Below, piece by piece: positions 37,181 through 46,315 of a DNA stretch of 64,000 nucleotides. A program made the position numbers and the translations under genes. The number at the start of each line of letters is the position of its first letter. Within the stretch, counting starts at the first letter, position 1. Under the pieces are notes generated by a model. That model ran no database searches. It saw only the letters and a program-made list of their open reading frames with translations, and was not told the DNA's origin. The stretch is from a virus (Duplodnaviria > Caudoviricetes): IMG/VR virus record IMGVR_UViG_3300037755_000591, positions 1 to 64,000 of that record, one strand, 5' to 3'.

Positions 37181-37449
37181 CCTTGATGACTACCACATAT
37201 TATCCTAAAGTGCGAAAGACATACCGAACTATAACTAATAGAAGCGTAAAAATTAGAAAATATGTGCTAAAATCTAACCAGCGTAGGTTAAGCGTATAGC
37301 ACTGAATTGTTAAAGAAAATGGAAGTGTGTAGGATAATAAATAACGTGGGGATGAAAACGGGATGTGAAAGAAGACGGCTACAACTTTAGCAGGGGAGCC
37401 GTCTTCACACAAAGTCAGCCGGAAGCTGAGCTTCGGAGATAATTCTATC

Positions 37450-37623
37450 ATGGAAAAGCAATATCTAAAATCGAATAAAGAAAAGCAAATTTTGAAAATC
37501 CAAAAGCGATTCGTTAAACATTTATTTGGAAAGTACGGGGTTCCAGCATTTGCTGACACCCAATTTGCACAGATCACCAACCCGAATACTGTCAACAAAT
37601 TTGAGGTGGCATATGGATGCTGA
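37450..37623 (+). CDS. Small basic protein (57 aa, below the ORF-track cutoff)
   Basis: GGAGATAA RBS; MEKQYLKSNKEKQILKIQKRFVKHLFGK..YGC*; overlaps the next start. Confidence 0.6.
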   Translation: MEKQYLKSNKEKQILKIQKRFVKHLFGKYGVPAFADTQFAQITNPNTVNKFEVAYGC

Positions 37624-39004
37624 ATTAACTGTTATCGAAAACACCGAGATTGCTCAGGTTGAAATCGAGGAACGCTGGTTAGCCATTGAGCAAAAGCGCA
37701 TCGAGCAAATGCGCGGGGGTGTAGAGAATACCCGCGAGGGGTTGGCCGCGCTTTATCAGAAAAAGTCACAGGCGCTTGGCATGATGAGTACCGTTGCCAA
37801 GACTGGGCGGTATTCCAGTTCGGGAAGCGGCAACTATGCCTTTGCAACGAAGGATGAGGTGTTTGAAGCAGTCAGGCCGATCTTGGCTGAAGTTGGTTTG
37901 TCAATCTCAACGACCGTCCTACGCGAGTGGACGGAGGTTGAAGGCAAGACGCGAAAACTGCACATGGTATTCGCGTTTGGACTGTGCTGCGGGGACACCG
38001 GCGCAATAGAAATCAGCCGGTGGGTTAGGTGGGGTTTCGATAACGACGGCATGGGAGCCAACCGGATTTACTCTAATGCCCAAAACCAGTGGTTGCAGAA
38101 AATATTCGCGATTGACATGGCGGATAGCAGCGATGGACAACAGACCAACCATGCAGCCAATCGCGATCCGGTTAATCGCGAACAACGTAGCATCACCCCG
38201 CCTCGCAACACCGAAAAGAAACGACCTTGGGAGGCAGACCCCGTTACCGATGCTCAGAAGAAATTAGCAAACACCATTGGCAACAAACTCTATGGCAATA
38301 AGGTTTGGGATGGTGGTAAGCGTGCCGAATTATGCGCGGCAATTACCACACAGACATCACGCGGCGAGGATATACGAGAAAGTTTAACCCAACTCTCAAA
38401 GGCAGAAGCTAAAATCCTCATTGAAGGAATACAAAAGTCTCTCGATGAGAAACCACCTGCTACAGACCCGCCAGAGGGGTATGTGGTCATGACGGTAGAA
38501 GACGTTTACCAGCAAGAATTGTGGACTGACTTTGACCTGATGTATGACGATCAACCGGTTAAGCGCATCTCGTTTAATCCAAAAGAAGAACTCTATACAA
38601 TTTGGCTAGACTCGCACGGCGCGGGTTCCAAGCCAGCCGACACTGAGATTTTTGCGTCCCCCAAGCCGCAGGATGCTCAAGACGAGGAAATTCCGCAGAA
38701 TACCCCTAATGCGTCGCAGGCAGGGAAAAATCTTGAAAAAGAGCCGTCTGAGGCGGCAGCGCCCCCTAAATTGACAGTAATTGAGGGCGTGACCAAAATG
38801 GTTATCAAGCAAGGGTTTAAAGACATTGTTTCGGTGACACTTTATAACCCTGAAGGCTTTATCAAAACGGTCTCGCTCGAAACAGTCAAGTTTGATGAAG
38901 TGATTGGGGATTTAACAGGCGCTTCTATCGGCAGTGAAGTTGAATTTCCTGAGCCGATCCGTACTTTCCTAAACGAGAAGAACCGGTTGGTGCTGATTGA
39001 ATGA
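37613..39004 (+). CDS. ERF-like single-strand annealing protein with long C-terminal extension
   Basis: NYAFATKDEVFEAVRPILAEVGL..GFDNDGMG..YSNAQNQWLQKIFAI..D; GAGG RBS before ATG 37613. Confidence 0.7.
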   Translation: MDAELTVIENTEIAQVEIEERWLAIEQKRIEQMRGGVENTREGLAALYQKKSQALGMMSTVAKTGRYSSSGSGNYAFATKDEVFEAVRPILAEVGLSISTTVLREWTEVEGKTRKLHMVFAFGLCCGDTGAIEISRWVRWGFDNDGMGANRIYSNAQNQWLQKIFAIDMADSSDGQQTNHAANRDPVNREQRSITPPRNTEKKRPWEADPVTDAQKKLANTIGNKLYGNKVWDGGKRAELCAAITTQTSRGEDIRESLTQLSKAEAKILIEGIQKSLDEKPPATDPPEGYVVMTVEDVYQQELWTDFDLMYDDQPVKRISFNPKEELYTIWLDSHGAGSKPADTEIFASPKPQDAQDEEIPQNTPNASQAGKNLEKEPSEAAAPPKLTVIEGVTKMVIKQGFKDIVSVTLYNPEGFIKTVSLETVKFDEVIGDLTGASIGSEVEFPEPIRTFLNEKNRLVLIE

Positions 39005-39588
39005 AACTCGAAGACGCACGACGAATAGGCAATAACCTATTAAATAGGCTTGTTGAGCATTGCGAGGCAATTCACATCGTTGGTTCGGTGCGCCGCAAAG
39101 AACCTGAAGTGAAAGATGTAGAATTGTTAGTGATTCCGCGTCTTGATGGCGATGTCAACTTGTTTCATGAGGGTGTGGTTGATATGTTGGCCCACGACAA
39201 TATCACTGAACGATTGAATAAAAACGGCAGGAAAATTGCTTCAGTGCGACTAGGCGCTAAAGAGATGGCGCTTAGTTACCAGAACATACCTGTAGACTTG
39301 TTTGTAACGGACGAGGATCATTTGGGGTTTCAAAAATGGTTACGGACTGGTCCCGCCGCCGCCAATAAATTCATGATGCAAAACCCGCCAGCGGGGTTAC
39401 GTGTACCGGGTCTGATGTTCTACAAAGGGCAGATGAGCAAAGGTAAACGGGAGTTATTTGCGCGGGACGAACGACAAATGTTTGAGATATTGCGATTAAT
39501 GTATTTAATCCCCGAAGCGCGGTCGGTAGAAAACTACCGCATTGCACGAAAGCAATTCGAAGAGCTTAAAGCCAAACGTTTCGAGTAG
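39001..39588 (+). CDS. polX: Minimal family-X DNA polymerase (palm + thumb only)
   Basis: VGSVRRK..KDVELL..PVDLF..WLRTGP; 195 aa. Confidence 0.8.
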   Translation: MKLEDARRIGNNLLNRLVEHCEAIHIVGSVRRKEPEVKDVELLVIPRLDGDVNLFHEGVVDMLAHDNITERLNKNGRKIASVRLGAKEMALSYQNIPVDLFVTDEDHLGFQKWLRTGPAAANKFMMQNPPAGLRVPGLMFYKGQMSKGKRELFARDERQMFEILRLMYLIPEARSVENYRIARKQFEELKAKRFE

Positions 39589-39599
39589 GAGGAACCTCT

Positions 39600-40001
39600 A
39601 TGTATCGCCATTGTGACAATTTTACTGAACAGATGATCGAGTACGCCAATGCTCAGAACGATGCACTCAGCAAGTTGATGAAGAAAGTGCATCCTGTCGG
39701 CGAAGTCCGGTTACGGGATGTTATTGAGGTAGTCACATTTGAGGGAGCGCTTCAATTGGGCGTAATTGCCAATGCCGGTGGACATTGGTACGAACAGGAT
39801 GCCCGTGAATTGATTGAAGATGTGATCGAAAAAGAGGGCGGGTGGGGCATGGCCGCCTATCACCTGAAGTCTCATATTGTCGCTATTCGTGTGATTTGCG
39901 AGGGCTACGAACCAAGCATGTCCGACGACGAATTTATTCAGTTATTAGAAAAAAATAATGTGGGCAGATGGGTTCTACTTAGAAAGGAAGTGGCTTTATG
40001 A
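39600..40001 (+). CDS. Hypothetical protein
   Basis: AGGAGG RBS; 133 aa. Confidence 0.6.
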   Translation: MYRHCDNFTEQMIEYANAQNDALSKLMKKVHPVGEVRLRDVIEVVTFEGALQLGVIANAGGHWYEQDARELIEDVIEKEGGWGMAAYHLKSHIVAIRVICEGYEPSMSDDEFIQLLEKNNVGRWVLLRKEVAL

Positions 40002-40404
40002 TTACGTTAAAAGAAAACCCTATCAATCAAATTGGTCGATTTATTTCTATTCGATTGTCAGAAGATGTACCCTTGGAGGGATTAGTAGGAAAAAGAATTT
40101 GGATACAAATCCACTAAGCGAAGAGCGACCTTATGTGGTTTTCAAAAACATCGCCGGCGGCTTGAGACCGGAAGGAATCATTGATACTATTTTCCGAATT
40201 GAGGGGGTTGCAATGAGTCGTGGGCTGGCAGAAGCGATTGCCGACTGTATATTTCTCGCGTTAGACTGCATAGATGTGGATATAACCGGCTTTGCGGGTT
40301 TCTGTAGGGTAGGGGGACAATATACGCTAATCGACTCGTTAAGCAACGGCGAAATGCCATATCGTTGTGGGGCAATGTATAGGTTTGAGTTGGAATCATG
40401 CTAA
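39998..40404 (+). pseudogene. DUF3168-like tail terminator gene split by a -1 frameshift
   Basis: ATG 39998 (ATGA overlap) gives ..RLSEDVPLEGLVGKRIW and stops at 40117; the -1 frame continues DTNPLSEERPYVVF..AEAIADCIFLALD. Confidence 0.55.
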
Positions 40405-40721
40405 ACGAAGTCATACTCCACCACCAAATGCAGGTGCTACAAACAATAATTAAAGCTCTGTTCGGCACTGGTGGACATATTCACTTTTTTCGCTTTGGGG
40501 AAAATCCTTTAAGTGGAACGATTGAATTGATTACGGATATTGCCTTGCCGGACACGATAACGAGGGAGACTTATTTTCGAAGTGTGAAGCCGGGGTTTGC
40601 CATATTACGGGGGTTTGGTATGAACGTGCCGCCACGGCCATACCTGCGGAAGAATGGACTATTTTATTTCAGAATTAGTTATGGGTATCGTCTACAAGAT
40701 CAAAAGATACTCTCAGCCTAA
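40398..40721 (+). CDS. Hypothetical protein
   Basis: Overlaps the upstream stop; 107 aa. Confidence 0.5.
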   Translation: MLNEVILHHQMQVLQTIIKALFGTGGHIHFFRFGENPLSGTIELITDIALPDTITRETYFRSVKPGFAILRGFGMNVPPRPYLRKNGLFYFRISYGYRLQDQKILSA

Positions 40722-40731
40722 AAAAGATACG

Positions 40732-40757
40732 GGGGAGGTGGGATGCCTCCCCTTTTT
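40732..40757 (+). terminator. Terminator at convergence point
   Basis: GGGGAGG / CCTCCCC stem followed by TTTTT; A-run upstream. Confidence 0.7.
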
Positions 40758-40762
40758 GATTC

Positions 40763-41023
40763 CTAACTTGGTGGCGTGTTGGCTACGCCATCCGTAACTG
40801 CATCAACAAAATCGACCACATCCCGCGCCACTTCCGCGCCCTGATGCATCAATTGGACGACTGATTGGGGAACGCTTTCAGCGAGTAGTCTTTCTGTTGT
40901 ATCGCGTATCACGACATCGCGCAATACGGGACGAAAAACCCATGCGGTGAAGCCAACCGAACTCAATATTGTGAACAGTTGGGCAACCAATAGGAAAATA
41001 GTTTGTTGTGTTAGAGGTTCCAT
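40763..41023 (-). CDS. Small membrane protein (holin-like)
   Basis: AAGGA RBS before ATG 41023; one N-terminal TM segment. Confidence 0.55.
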   Translation of the reverse strand: MEPLTQQTIFLLVAQLFTILSSVGFTAWVFRPVLRDVVIRDTTERLLAESVPQSVVQLMHQGAEVARDVVDFVDAVTDGVANTPPS

Positions 41024-41037
41024 TTTGGATATTCCTT

Positions 41038-41057
41038 TATTTGAACTAATGCAATTA
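41038..41057 (-). promoter_or_regulatory. 20-bp palindromic site, copy 6
   Basis: Minus strand TAATTGCAT-TA-GTTCAAATA; begins with the TAA stop (41057-41055) and is followed by an RBS. Confidence 0.8.
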
Positions 41058-41420
41058 ACGATCTGGTAGTTTGGGAATATTGATAGCATTGTCCCATGCT
41101 ATCATCGTCAACTCTTGAGCCACCTTCATCCAGTGATTGGAGGTAGCCTGATACTTATCACGATCTGCACGGAGACGAGTAAAATTCTGCTTATACATGG
41201 TTAAGTCTGACCGTACTTTTTCTAGTTCAGTTTCAAACTTGCTTGCCCGATCTTCAGCACGAGTCAGAAAACCAGCCATAGATGAATCAACCTTGGCCCT
41301 TGCGACCCGTTCAGCAGCTTTCGCTCCCCAAAACTTAATCAGGAGCGTAATGCCCTGAACCAAAATTCCGCTGGTTAGAATATATACAATGATTGCGCTG
41401 AAATCAATTCCGAAACCCAT
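41055..41420 (-). CDS. TM + coiled-coil protein (lysis-cassette-like)
   Basis: N-terminal TM segment followed by a heptad-rich region. Confidence 0.55.
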   Translation of the reverse strand: MGFGIDFSAIIVYILTSGILVQGITLLIKFWGAKAAERVARAKVDSSMAGFLTRAEDRASKFETELEKVRSDLTMYKQNFTRLRADRDKYQATSNHWMKVAQELTMIAWDNAINIPKLPDR

Positions 41421-42132
41421 CTATGACGCTCTCTCGTTGGTTGGTCCATACACTGCGGATGATGTCTACAGCAATCCACGCAAAAACAGAAAATACCGAG
41501 GGGTGTAAGACCTCAGTGATGGTGAGCATGGCTAGTGCATAGATATGGATGATAAGCGCAAACACCCATAATCCATATTCATACTTATTCATTTTAAAGG
41601 CACGGCTAACCATAATGTTACCAAATACGATCAAGCCCGCGCCATAGTAAAAAGGACTGATACCTAAGTTCTGAATAAAGTGTAAAGTCTCTATGTCCGA
41701 GTAATTGACATATTCAAATCCTAAAAACATAAGTAAGATCCCGGACAGTTGAGCCTGATGTGTTCTCAGGCAAATAAACAGACTGGACTTACTCGAACAG
41801 ATTGCCCGTCGAAGTCCTGTCAAATATATAAAGCTAAATAATATAAATCTCTCAGAAGAACAGTCGCCACCAATCCATAGTATACCAAGAAGTACAGTAT
41901 GCAACAATAGGGGAGAGGAACCGACAAGGTAATTTTTTAGTTTAACTTCCTTGGCAGACAAAAACAGGATCGTTCCACCTGAAATAAATGCACCGGCATA
42001 AAATTCCGCTGACAAATTAAATGCATCAGTGAACGTCTGCACAATCATTTCATTAGGGTATTCACGGAAGATCAACGCCAAGATAATCATAGCGATTCCG
42101 TAAATGTGTCCAGTCCAAATTCTTTCTAGCAT
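41404..42132 (-). CDS. Polytopic membrane protein
   Basis: About 7 hydrophobic segments in 242 aa, apparently two similar halves. Confidence 0.65.
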   Translation of the reverse strand: MLERIWTGHIYGIAMIILALIFREYPNEMIVQTFTDAFNLSAEFYAGAFISGGTILFLSAKEVKLKNYLVGSSPLLLHTVLLGILWIGGDCSSERFILFSFIYLTGLRRAICSSKSSLFICLRTHQAQLSGILLMFLGFEYVNYSDIETLHFIQNLGISPFYYGAGLIVFGNIMVSRAFKMNKYEYGLWVFALIIHIYALAMLTITEVLHPSVFSVFAWIAVDIIRSVWTNQRESVIDGFRN

Positions 42133-42215
42133 TACCTATCCTTTAAGAATGCAGACGGCGAGAATGGCTAACCCACCGCCTGCTAACAGGAGAAAAAAGC
42201 ACAAGGCTTACAAAG

Positions 42216-42521
42216 TTAGGGGGTGCGTAGCTGTGCTGCCACATTGCACCAGACAGAATAATCGCCAGTAACAACCGCAACGTTATTCATGAAGTTGCTG
42301 TATTGCTCTAGTGTTGTCATTAATCCCAATGCAGTGTTTTTGTCTAACACCATATCGGGAACAAGATCGTCCGGTTGGGCGACGGCATTAACATCGTCGG
42401 AAATTCCAGCATCAAAGTAGATGGCGCGAAGCTCTTCCGCTTCACCCAATGCCTGTTGAAGATCATAGGCTAGCTGACTCAAACGTTCGCCGAACGCGGC
42501 TTTGTTATTATCCATTGGCAT
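42216..42521 (-). CDS. Hypothetical protein
   Basis: GAGG RBS; 101 aa. Confidence 0.6.
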   Translation of the reverse strand: MPMDNNKAAFGERLSQLAYDLQQALGEAEELRAIYFDAGISDDVNAVAQPDDLVPDMVLDKNTALGLMTTLEQYSNFMNNVAVVTGDYSVWCNVAAQLRTP

Positions 42522-42526
42522 GATCG

Positions 42527-42826
42527 TTATTCCTCACTTTCTTGTTCACGGTTTAATTCCGCTATCTTTTGAACATGTTCGAACTGGGTCCTGAAATTAC
42601 GTTCATTAGCAATATAAGCATCTCCCTCCGGCCATGGTAGTCCTCCCGATTCATAGCGCCCACCGTTATCGTAGATGATATGATGTGCCTTGTCTGGAAT
42701 GTAAATGCGACCAATAGCCTCGTCTGGCAACGAATATGCAGGTGCTAATTGTCGAAAAAAATCAACGGGCAGCATTAGCTCATTGATAAAAATGTGTCCA
42801 TCTGGATGATGTTGAAATCGAACCAT
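42527..42826 (-). CDS. Hypothetical tail-associated protein
   Basis: AGGAG RBS; follows the collar genes. Confidence 0.55.
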   Translation of the reverse strand: MVRFQHHPDGHIFINELMLPVDFFRQLAPAYSLPDEAIGRIYIPDKAHHIIYDNGGRYESGGLPWPEGDAYIANERNFRTQFEHVQKIAELNREQESEE

Positions 42827-42835
42827 CTTACACTC

Positions 42836-43453
42836 CTACGCTTTGATGATAAAGTTAGTCGTTTGATACGGTTGCATATTATTGTGCGGGGTGTCGCTAC
42901 CGGCTGTCTGTAAGGTTGTTCTAACTATGACATTTTGGGTGAAATCTGCGGCACGCGCCAACCAAGGAGTTCCCCCGCCGCCAAAAAAGCCAGTAATGGA
43001 GTGTGTATGCGCGGGCATCTCAGGGATAGTTACTGCATGTGTTTCTGCGCCGCTACTCTGTCCTAGATTATCAGCCTGTGTTGCGGTCACTCGATCTGCC
43101 GAGCTTCCGCCCATGTTATCTGCGCCGAGCGGGATGCGTCCGCGTAAATCAGGTATATTGAAAGTTGTTGTCATATCACCTGCGCCATAAATCTCTCCGA
43201 CTACAAGGAATAGACTATCATAAGTAGCGCGACTCACTTCGCTTCCGTCGCATAATAACCAGCCAACCGGTACGTCCCCTTCATCACCCCCATAAGGCAC
43301 GACAATACCTGTTGGTAGTAGACTATCAGCTTGACAAAGCGCATTAACCATGTCTTCCACGCGGTCTGAAAGAACCCGAATAGCATCGCAGCCCAAATTG
43401 CTTGGATCAACATCGAGAAATTCGGCTGAACAATCCATCAGTGTTAATGTCAT
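42836..43453 (-). CDS. Tail-collar domain fibre protein C
   Basis: TGIVVPYGG..GWLLCDGSEVSRATY..LF..FNIPDLRGRIPLG..MPAHTH..HNNMQP. Confidence 0.9.
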   Translation of the reverse strand: MTLTLMDCSAEFLDVDPSNLGCDAIRVLSDRVEDMVNALCQADSLLPTGIVVPYGGDEGDVPVGWLLCDGSEVSRATYDSLFLVVGEIYGAGDMTTTFNIPDLRGRIPLGADNMGGSSADRVTATQADNLGQSSGAETHAVTIPEMPAHTHSITGFFGGGGTPWLARAADFTQNVIVRTTLQTAGSDTPHNNMQPYQTTNFIIKA

Positions 43454-43463
43454 AAATCACTCC

Positions 43464-44099
43464 CTAACTTTTGATAATATAATTCATGGTGAGGTAGGGC
43501 TGCATATTATTATGTGCGCCACCTCCCCCTGTCGAAGTTGAGATAAATCCAGAAGCAGGGACTTGACCGTCTGTAATTCGTAATTGCCAATCCGCACCGC
43601 CTGAACCTGAACCGACATAACCGGTTATAGGATGGTTATGCGAAGGCATTTCACCCGATACCAATACATGACTTTCTGCACCGCTACCTTGTCCAAGGTT
43701 GTCAGCTTCAGCGGCGGTTATTCGGTTTGCCGAACTTCCACCCATGTTATCTGCTCCCAAGGGGCGACGACCCCTTAAGTCTGGCAAATTAAAGGTGGTT
43801 GTAGTATCACCAGCACCGTAGGTGATACCAATTGCCTGAAACAAACTAACATAGGTAGTACGACTCACTTCACTTCCATCACATAACAACCAGCCAGTCG
43901 GGATTCCGTCATAATCTGGTGGGTCTGCCGCTTCAGGACCGGCATAAGCCACAATCAAGCCCGTTGGAATTGTGACAGACAGATTACATATAGCGTTTAT
44001 TAGATCACGAGCGCGATTATATAATATTTCGATAGGCTCACATTTTTCATCTTCGGGATCGCCATCTGGCCAGTAGGTTTCACAATCTATCCTTGTCAT
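43464..44099 (-). CDS. Tail-collar domain fibre protein B
   Basis: GWLLCDGSEVSRTTY..FNLPDLRGR..MPSHNH..HNNMQP. Confidence 0.9.
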   Translation of the reverse strand: MTRIDCETYWPDGDPEDEKCEPIEILYNRARDLINAICNLSVTIPTGLIVAYAGPEAADPPDYDGIPTGWLLCDGSEVSRTTYVSLFQAIGITYGAGDTTTTFNLPDLRGRRPLGADNMGGSSANRITAAEADNLGQGSGAESHVLVSGEMPSHNHPITGYVGSGSGGADWQLRITDGQVPASGFISTSTGGGGAHNNMQPYLTMNYIIKS

Positions 44100-44107
44100 A
44101 TTTAGCC

Positions 44108-44737
44108 TTATGCCTTGATAAGATAATTAGTGGTTAGATAGGGGGACACATTATTATGTGCGCCACCACTGCCCGTCGAGTTTGAGTTATACACCACCCC
44201 GCTAACGGTAAAATCTCCAACGCGCCTCATGCGGTCTGGGCCAGCACCACCATTTAGCCCAATATCATCGTCATGAGTGTGCGCGGGCATTTCAGGGATA
44301 GTTAGGGTATGCGTTTCTGCCCCGCTACCCTGTCCTAGATTATCAGCCTGTGTTGCGGTCACTCGATTTGCTGAACTTCCGCCCATGTTATCCGCGCCAA
44401 GCACATCACGTCCTCGTAAGTCTGGCAGATTAAATGTTGTCGTAGTGTCGCCAGCACCGAACGTCTCGCCGATGACCCCAAATAAATTAATAAAGGTAGT
44501 GCGACTCACTTCACTACCATCACATAGTAGCCAACCACTCGGAATGCCTTGGTATGGAGGATCAGGAGTTTCGGGCGCAGCATAGGGAATAATTAAGCCG
44601 GTCGGAATGATGGCCTGAATGTTACAGAGCGCGTCCATTAAATCCTGCATACGTGCCTTTAACAACGGAATCCCGTCGCAGCCCATCTCGGTCGGGTTGC
44701 CGCTTGGCCATGTCTCGGTACAATCTATCAGTCCCAT
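44108..44737 (-). CDS. Tail-collar domain fibre protein A
   Basis: GWLLCDGSEVSRTTF..FNLPDLRGR..MPAHTH..HNNVSP. Confidence 0.9.
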   Translation of the reverse strand: MGLIDCTETWPSGNPTEMGCDGIPLLKARMQDLMDALCNIQAIIPTGLIIPYAAPETPDPPYQGIPSGWLLCDGSEVSRTTFINLFGVIGETFGAGDTTTTFNLPDLRGRDVLGADNMGGSSANRVTATQADNLGQGSGAETHTLTIPEMPAHTHDDDIGLNGGAGPDRMRRVGDFTVSGVVYNSNSTGSGGAHNNVSPYLTTNYLIKA

Positions 44738-44746
44738 CGGATACTC

Positions 44747-46315
44747 CTAGAAATAAAATATATAGGCCACAGTAATCGTCGCCTGACTTCCAACACCCCA
44801 ATTTCCGCCACCTGCGGCACTGGCACAAATTTGAAACGGCGTGGCTGGTAATGCAGGGTTTTGTGTCACGACATAAAATACATTGCTTGGGTTTACAATC
44901 TGGACATATGCAGTGACCGATGTTGCACCCGGAGGTACAGTTGGCATCGGGAAAGAAAAAAGCCGACCTGTATTTACGCCAGCATAATTACAGTTGGCCG
45001 CCAATCCCGGACCTTGACTCAGTTGTGCTTGAATTTGCACTGAGCCAACGACATTTTGAATGATGGTTGAATTATCATCAAACGTATCGTAGGTTTTCAC
45101 ATCGTCATAAACAGTCAGTAGTGGATCATATTCATCCGCAATATCGGCGGAAGTCAATTCAAGGTCGTAAACGGTCAGAAAACCACCTTGCGTTTCCAGA
45201 TAGTCTTCGTATTCTATACTGCGCTCTCGATGGTCAGACTTGAAACCAACGATACGCATCCATTCTTGTAATCGAAACGACTCTACGAGATGAACTTGTT
45301 CAGTTAAAAAGTCGTAATCCTCTTCATGCACGAGGGTATCTGCAAATATCTTTTCGTTGATTTTTGGCGGACGAGGCAATACGACTGTTACATCACCAGA
45401 ATAGTAAGGTGCGGATTGCTCCATTTCAAATACGCCACGTCGATATAAGCTGATTGCCACCTCATTCTTAACTGCTTGTGACGCATTTAAATCGTTTTGT
45501 GGCTTATGTATTTTGAACTCTTTCCGCAACTGGCAACCCCGTGAAATAGTGTTGTTGATGATGCTCCCACTTGCCGCATGAAGTGGGAAATCGGGATGTG
45601 TCGCCAACGTCGGATCAATATTAAGCGCATTAGATAACGCGACCGGCTGTGTACTCGACGGCCCCGACACCGGATATAATCGCTTTATCGGTTCTCGTGA
45701 AGGCTCTTTTAATCTTAGCGGCGATAATTGGTTTTCTTGCCGAACATAAAAACTTGGATCTTGCCCGTCGAAGGTCCCAATATCCAACAAGTGGGTTCCT
45801 CCACTATTGCCCCCATAACGAAAGAATGTGGGAAATCGCGAAGCCTCTAAAACATCAATAATTTGGGGCCATAATGTTTGATGGGAACGTGGATCAATTG
45901 TGATTTGAATGTCGCTCAATGTTGTTGTATCGCCTAATGCCCACATGCTATCGAGTGCAGTAGCCAGCAACGCGGTAATTGCTGCTGAAACAGCCACATT
46001 TTGAAAGTGAATATTGGCCGCAGTCTCACATTGCAACCGCCCTATTTCCCCATCACACTTCAGCGTTGTTTGAAGACGCTGAGAACTGCCCCGCTCAAAT
46101 TTCGGGGGCGGGGACGGACTTCGGATGATCCCACTGATGAGTAATTCGCCATCTTGATAGAGTGCAATATCCTCTAGGTAAATATCACCTAGCCCTATCA
46201 AATCTAAGGTAGTAACACTGACCTCAAATTCAGGTATTTGGCGCTGCTTTTCGCTACGTTTAACGCGGATAACGCTAATTTCCTTCGTTCCGATGATGCA
46301 TGTTGTTGCCATCAC
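44747..46315 (-). CDS. Putative baseplate hub / tail-tip protein
   Basis: Second gene after the tape measure; 522 aa; assigned by position. Confidence 0.55.
   Translation of the reverse strand: MMATTCIIGTKEISVIRVKRSEKQRQIPEFEVSVTTLDLIGLGDIYLEDIALYQDGELLISGIIRSPSPPPKFERGSSQRLQTTLKCDGEIGRLQCETAANIHFQNVAVSAAITALLATALDSMWALGDTTTLSDIQITIDPRSHQTLWPQIIDVLEASRFPTFFRYGGNSGGTHLLDIGTFDGQDPSFYVRQENQLSPLRLKEPSREPIKRLYPVSGPSSTQPVALSNALNIDPTLATHPDFPLHAASGSIINNTISRGCQLRKEFKIHKPQNDLNASQAVKNEVAISLYRRGVFEMEQSAPYYSGDVTVVLPRPPKINEKIFADTLVHEEDYDFLTEQVHLVESFRLQEWMRIVGFKSDHRERSIEYEDYLETQGGFLTVYDLELTSADIADEYDPLLTVYDDVKTYDTFDDNSTIIQNVVGSVQIQAQLSQGPGLAANCNYAGVNTGRLFSFPMPTVPPGATSVTAYVQIVNPSNVFYVVTQNPALPATPFQICASAAGGGNWGVGSQATITVAYIFYF

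Noticed and set aside
3271-37442. Repeated GGAGATAA as a separate regulatory motif (3271, 3581, 8296, 15408, 19728, 37435)
   Set aside because: Five of six copies are adequately explained as Shine-Dalgarno plus an A-rich spacer.
42836-44737. Diversity-generating retroelement acting on the fibres
   Set aside because: No reverse transcriptase in the window; the paralogues differ by indels and general divergence, not in an evident adenine-specific pattern.
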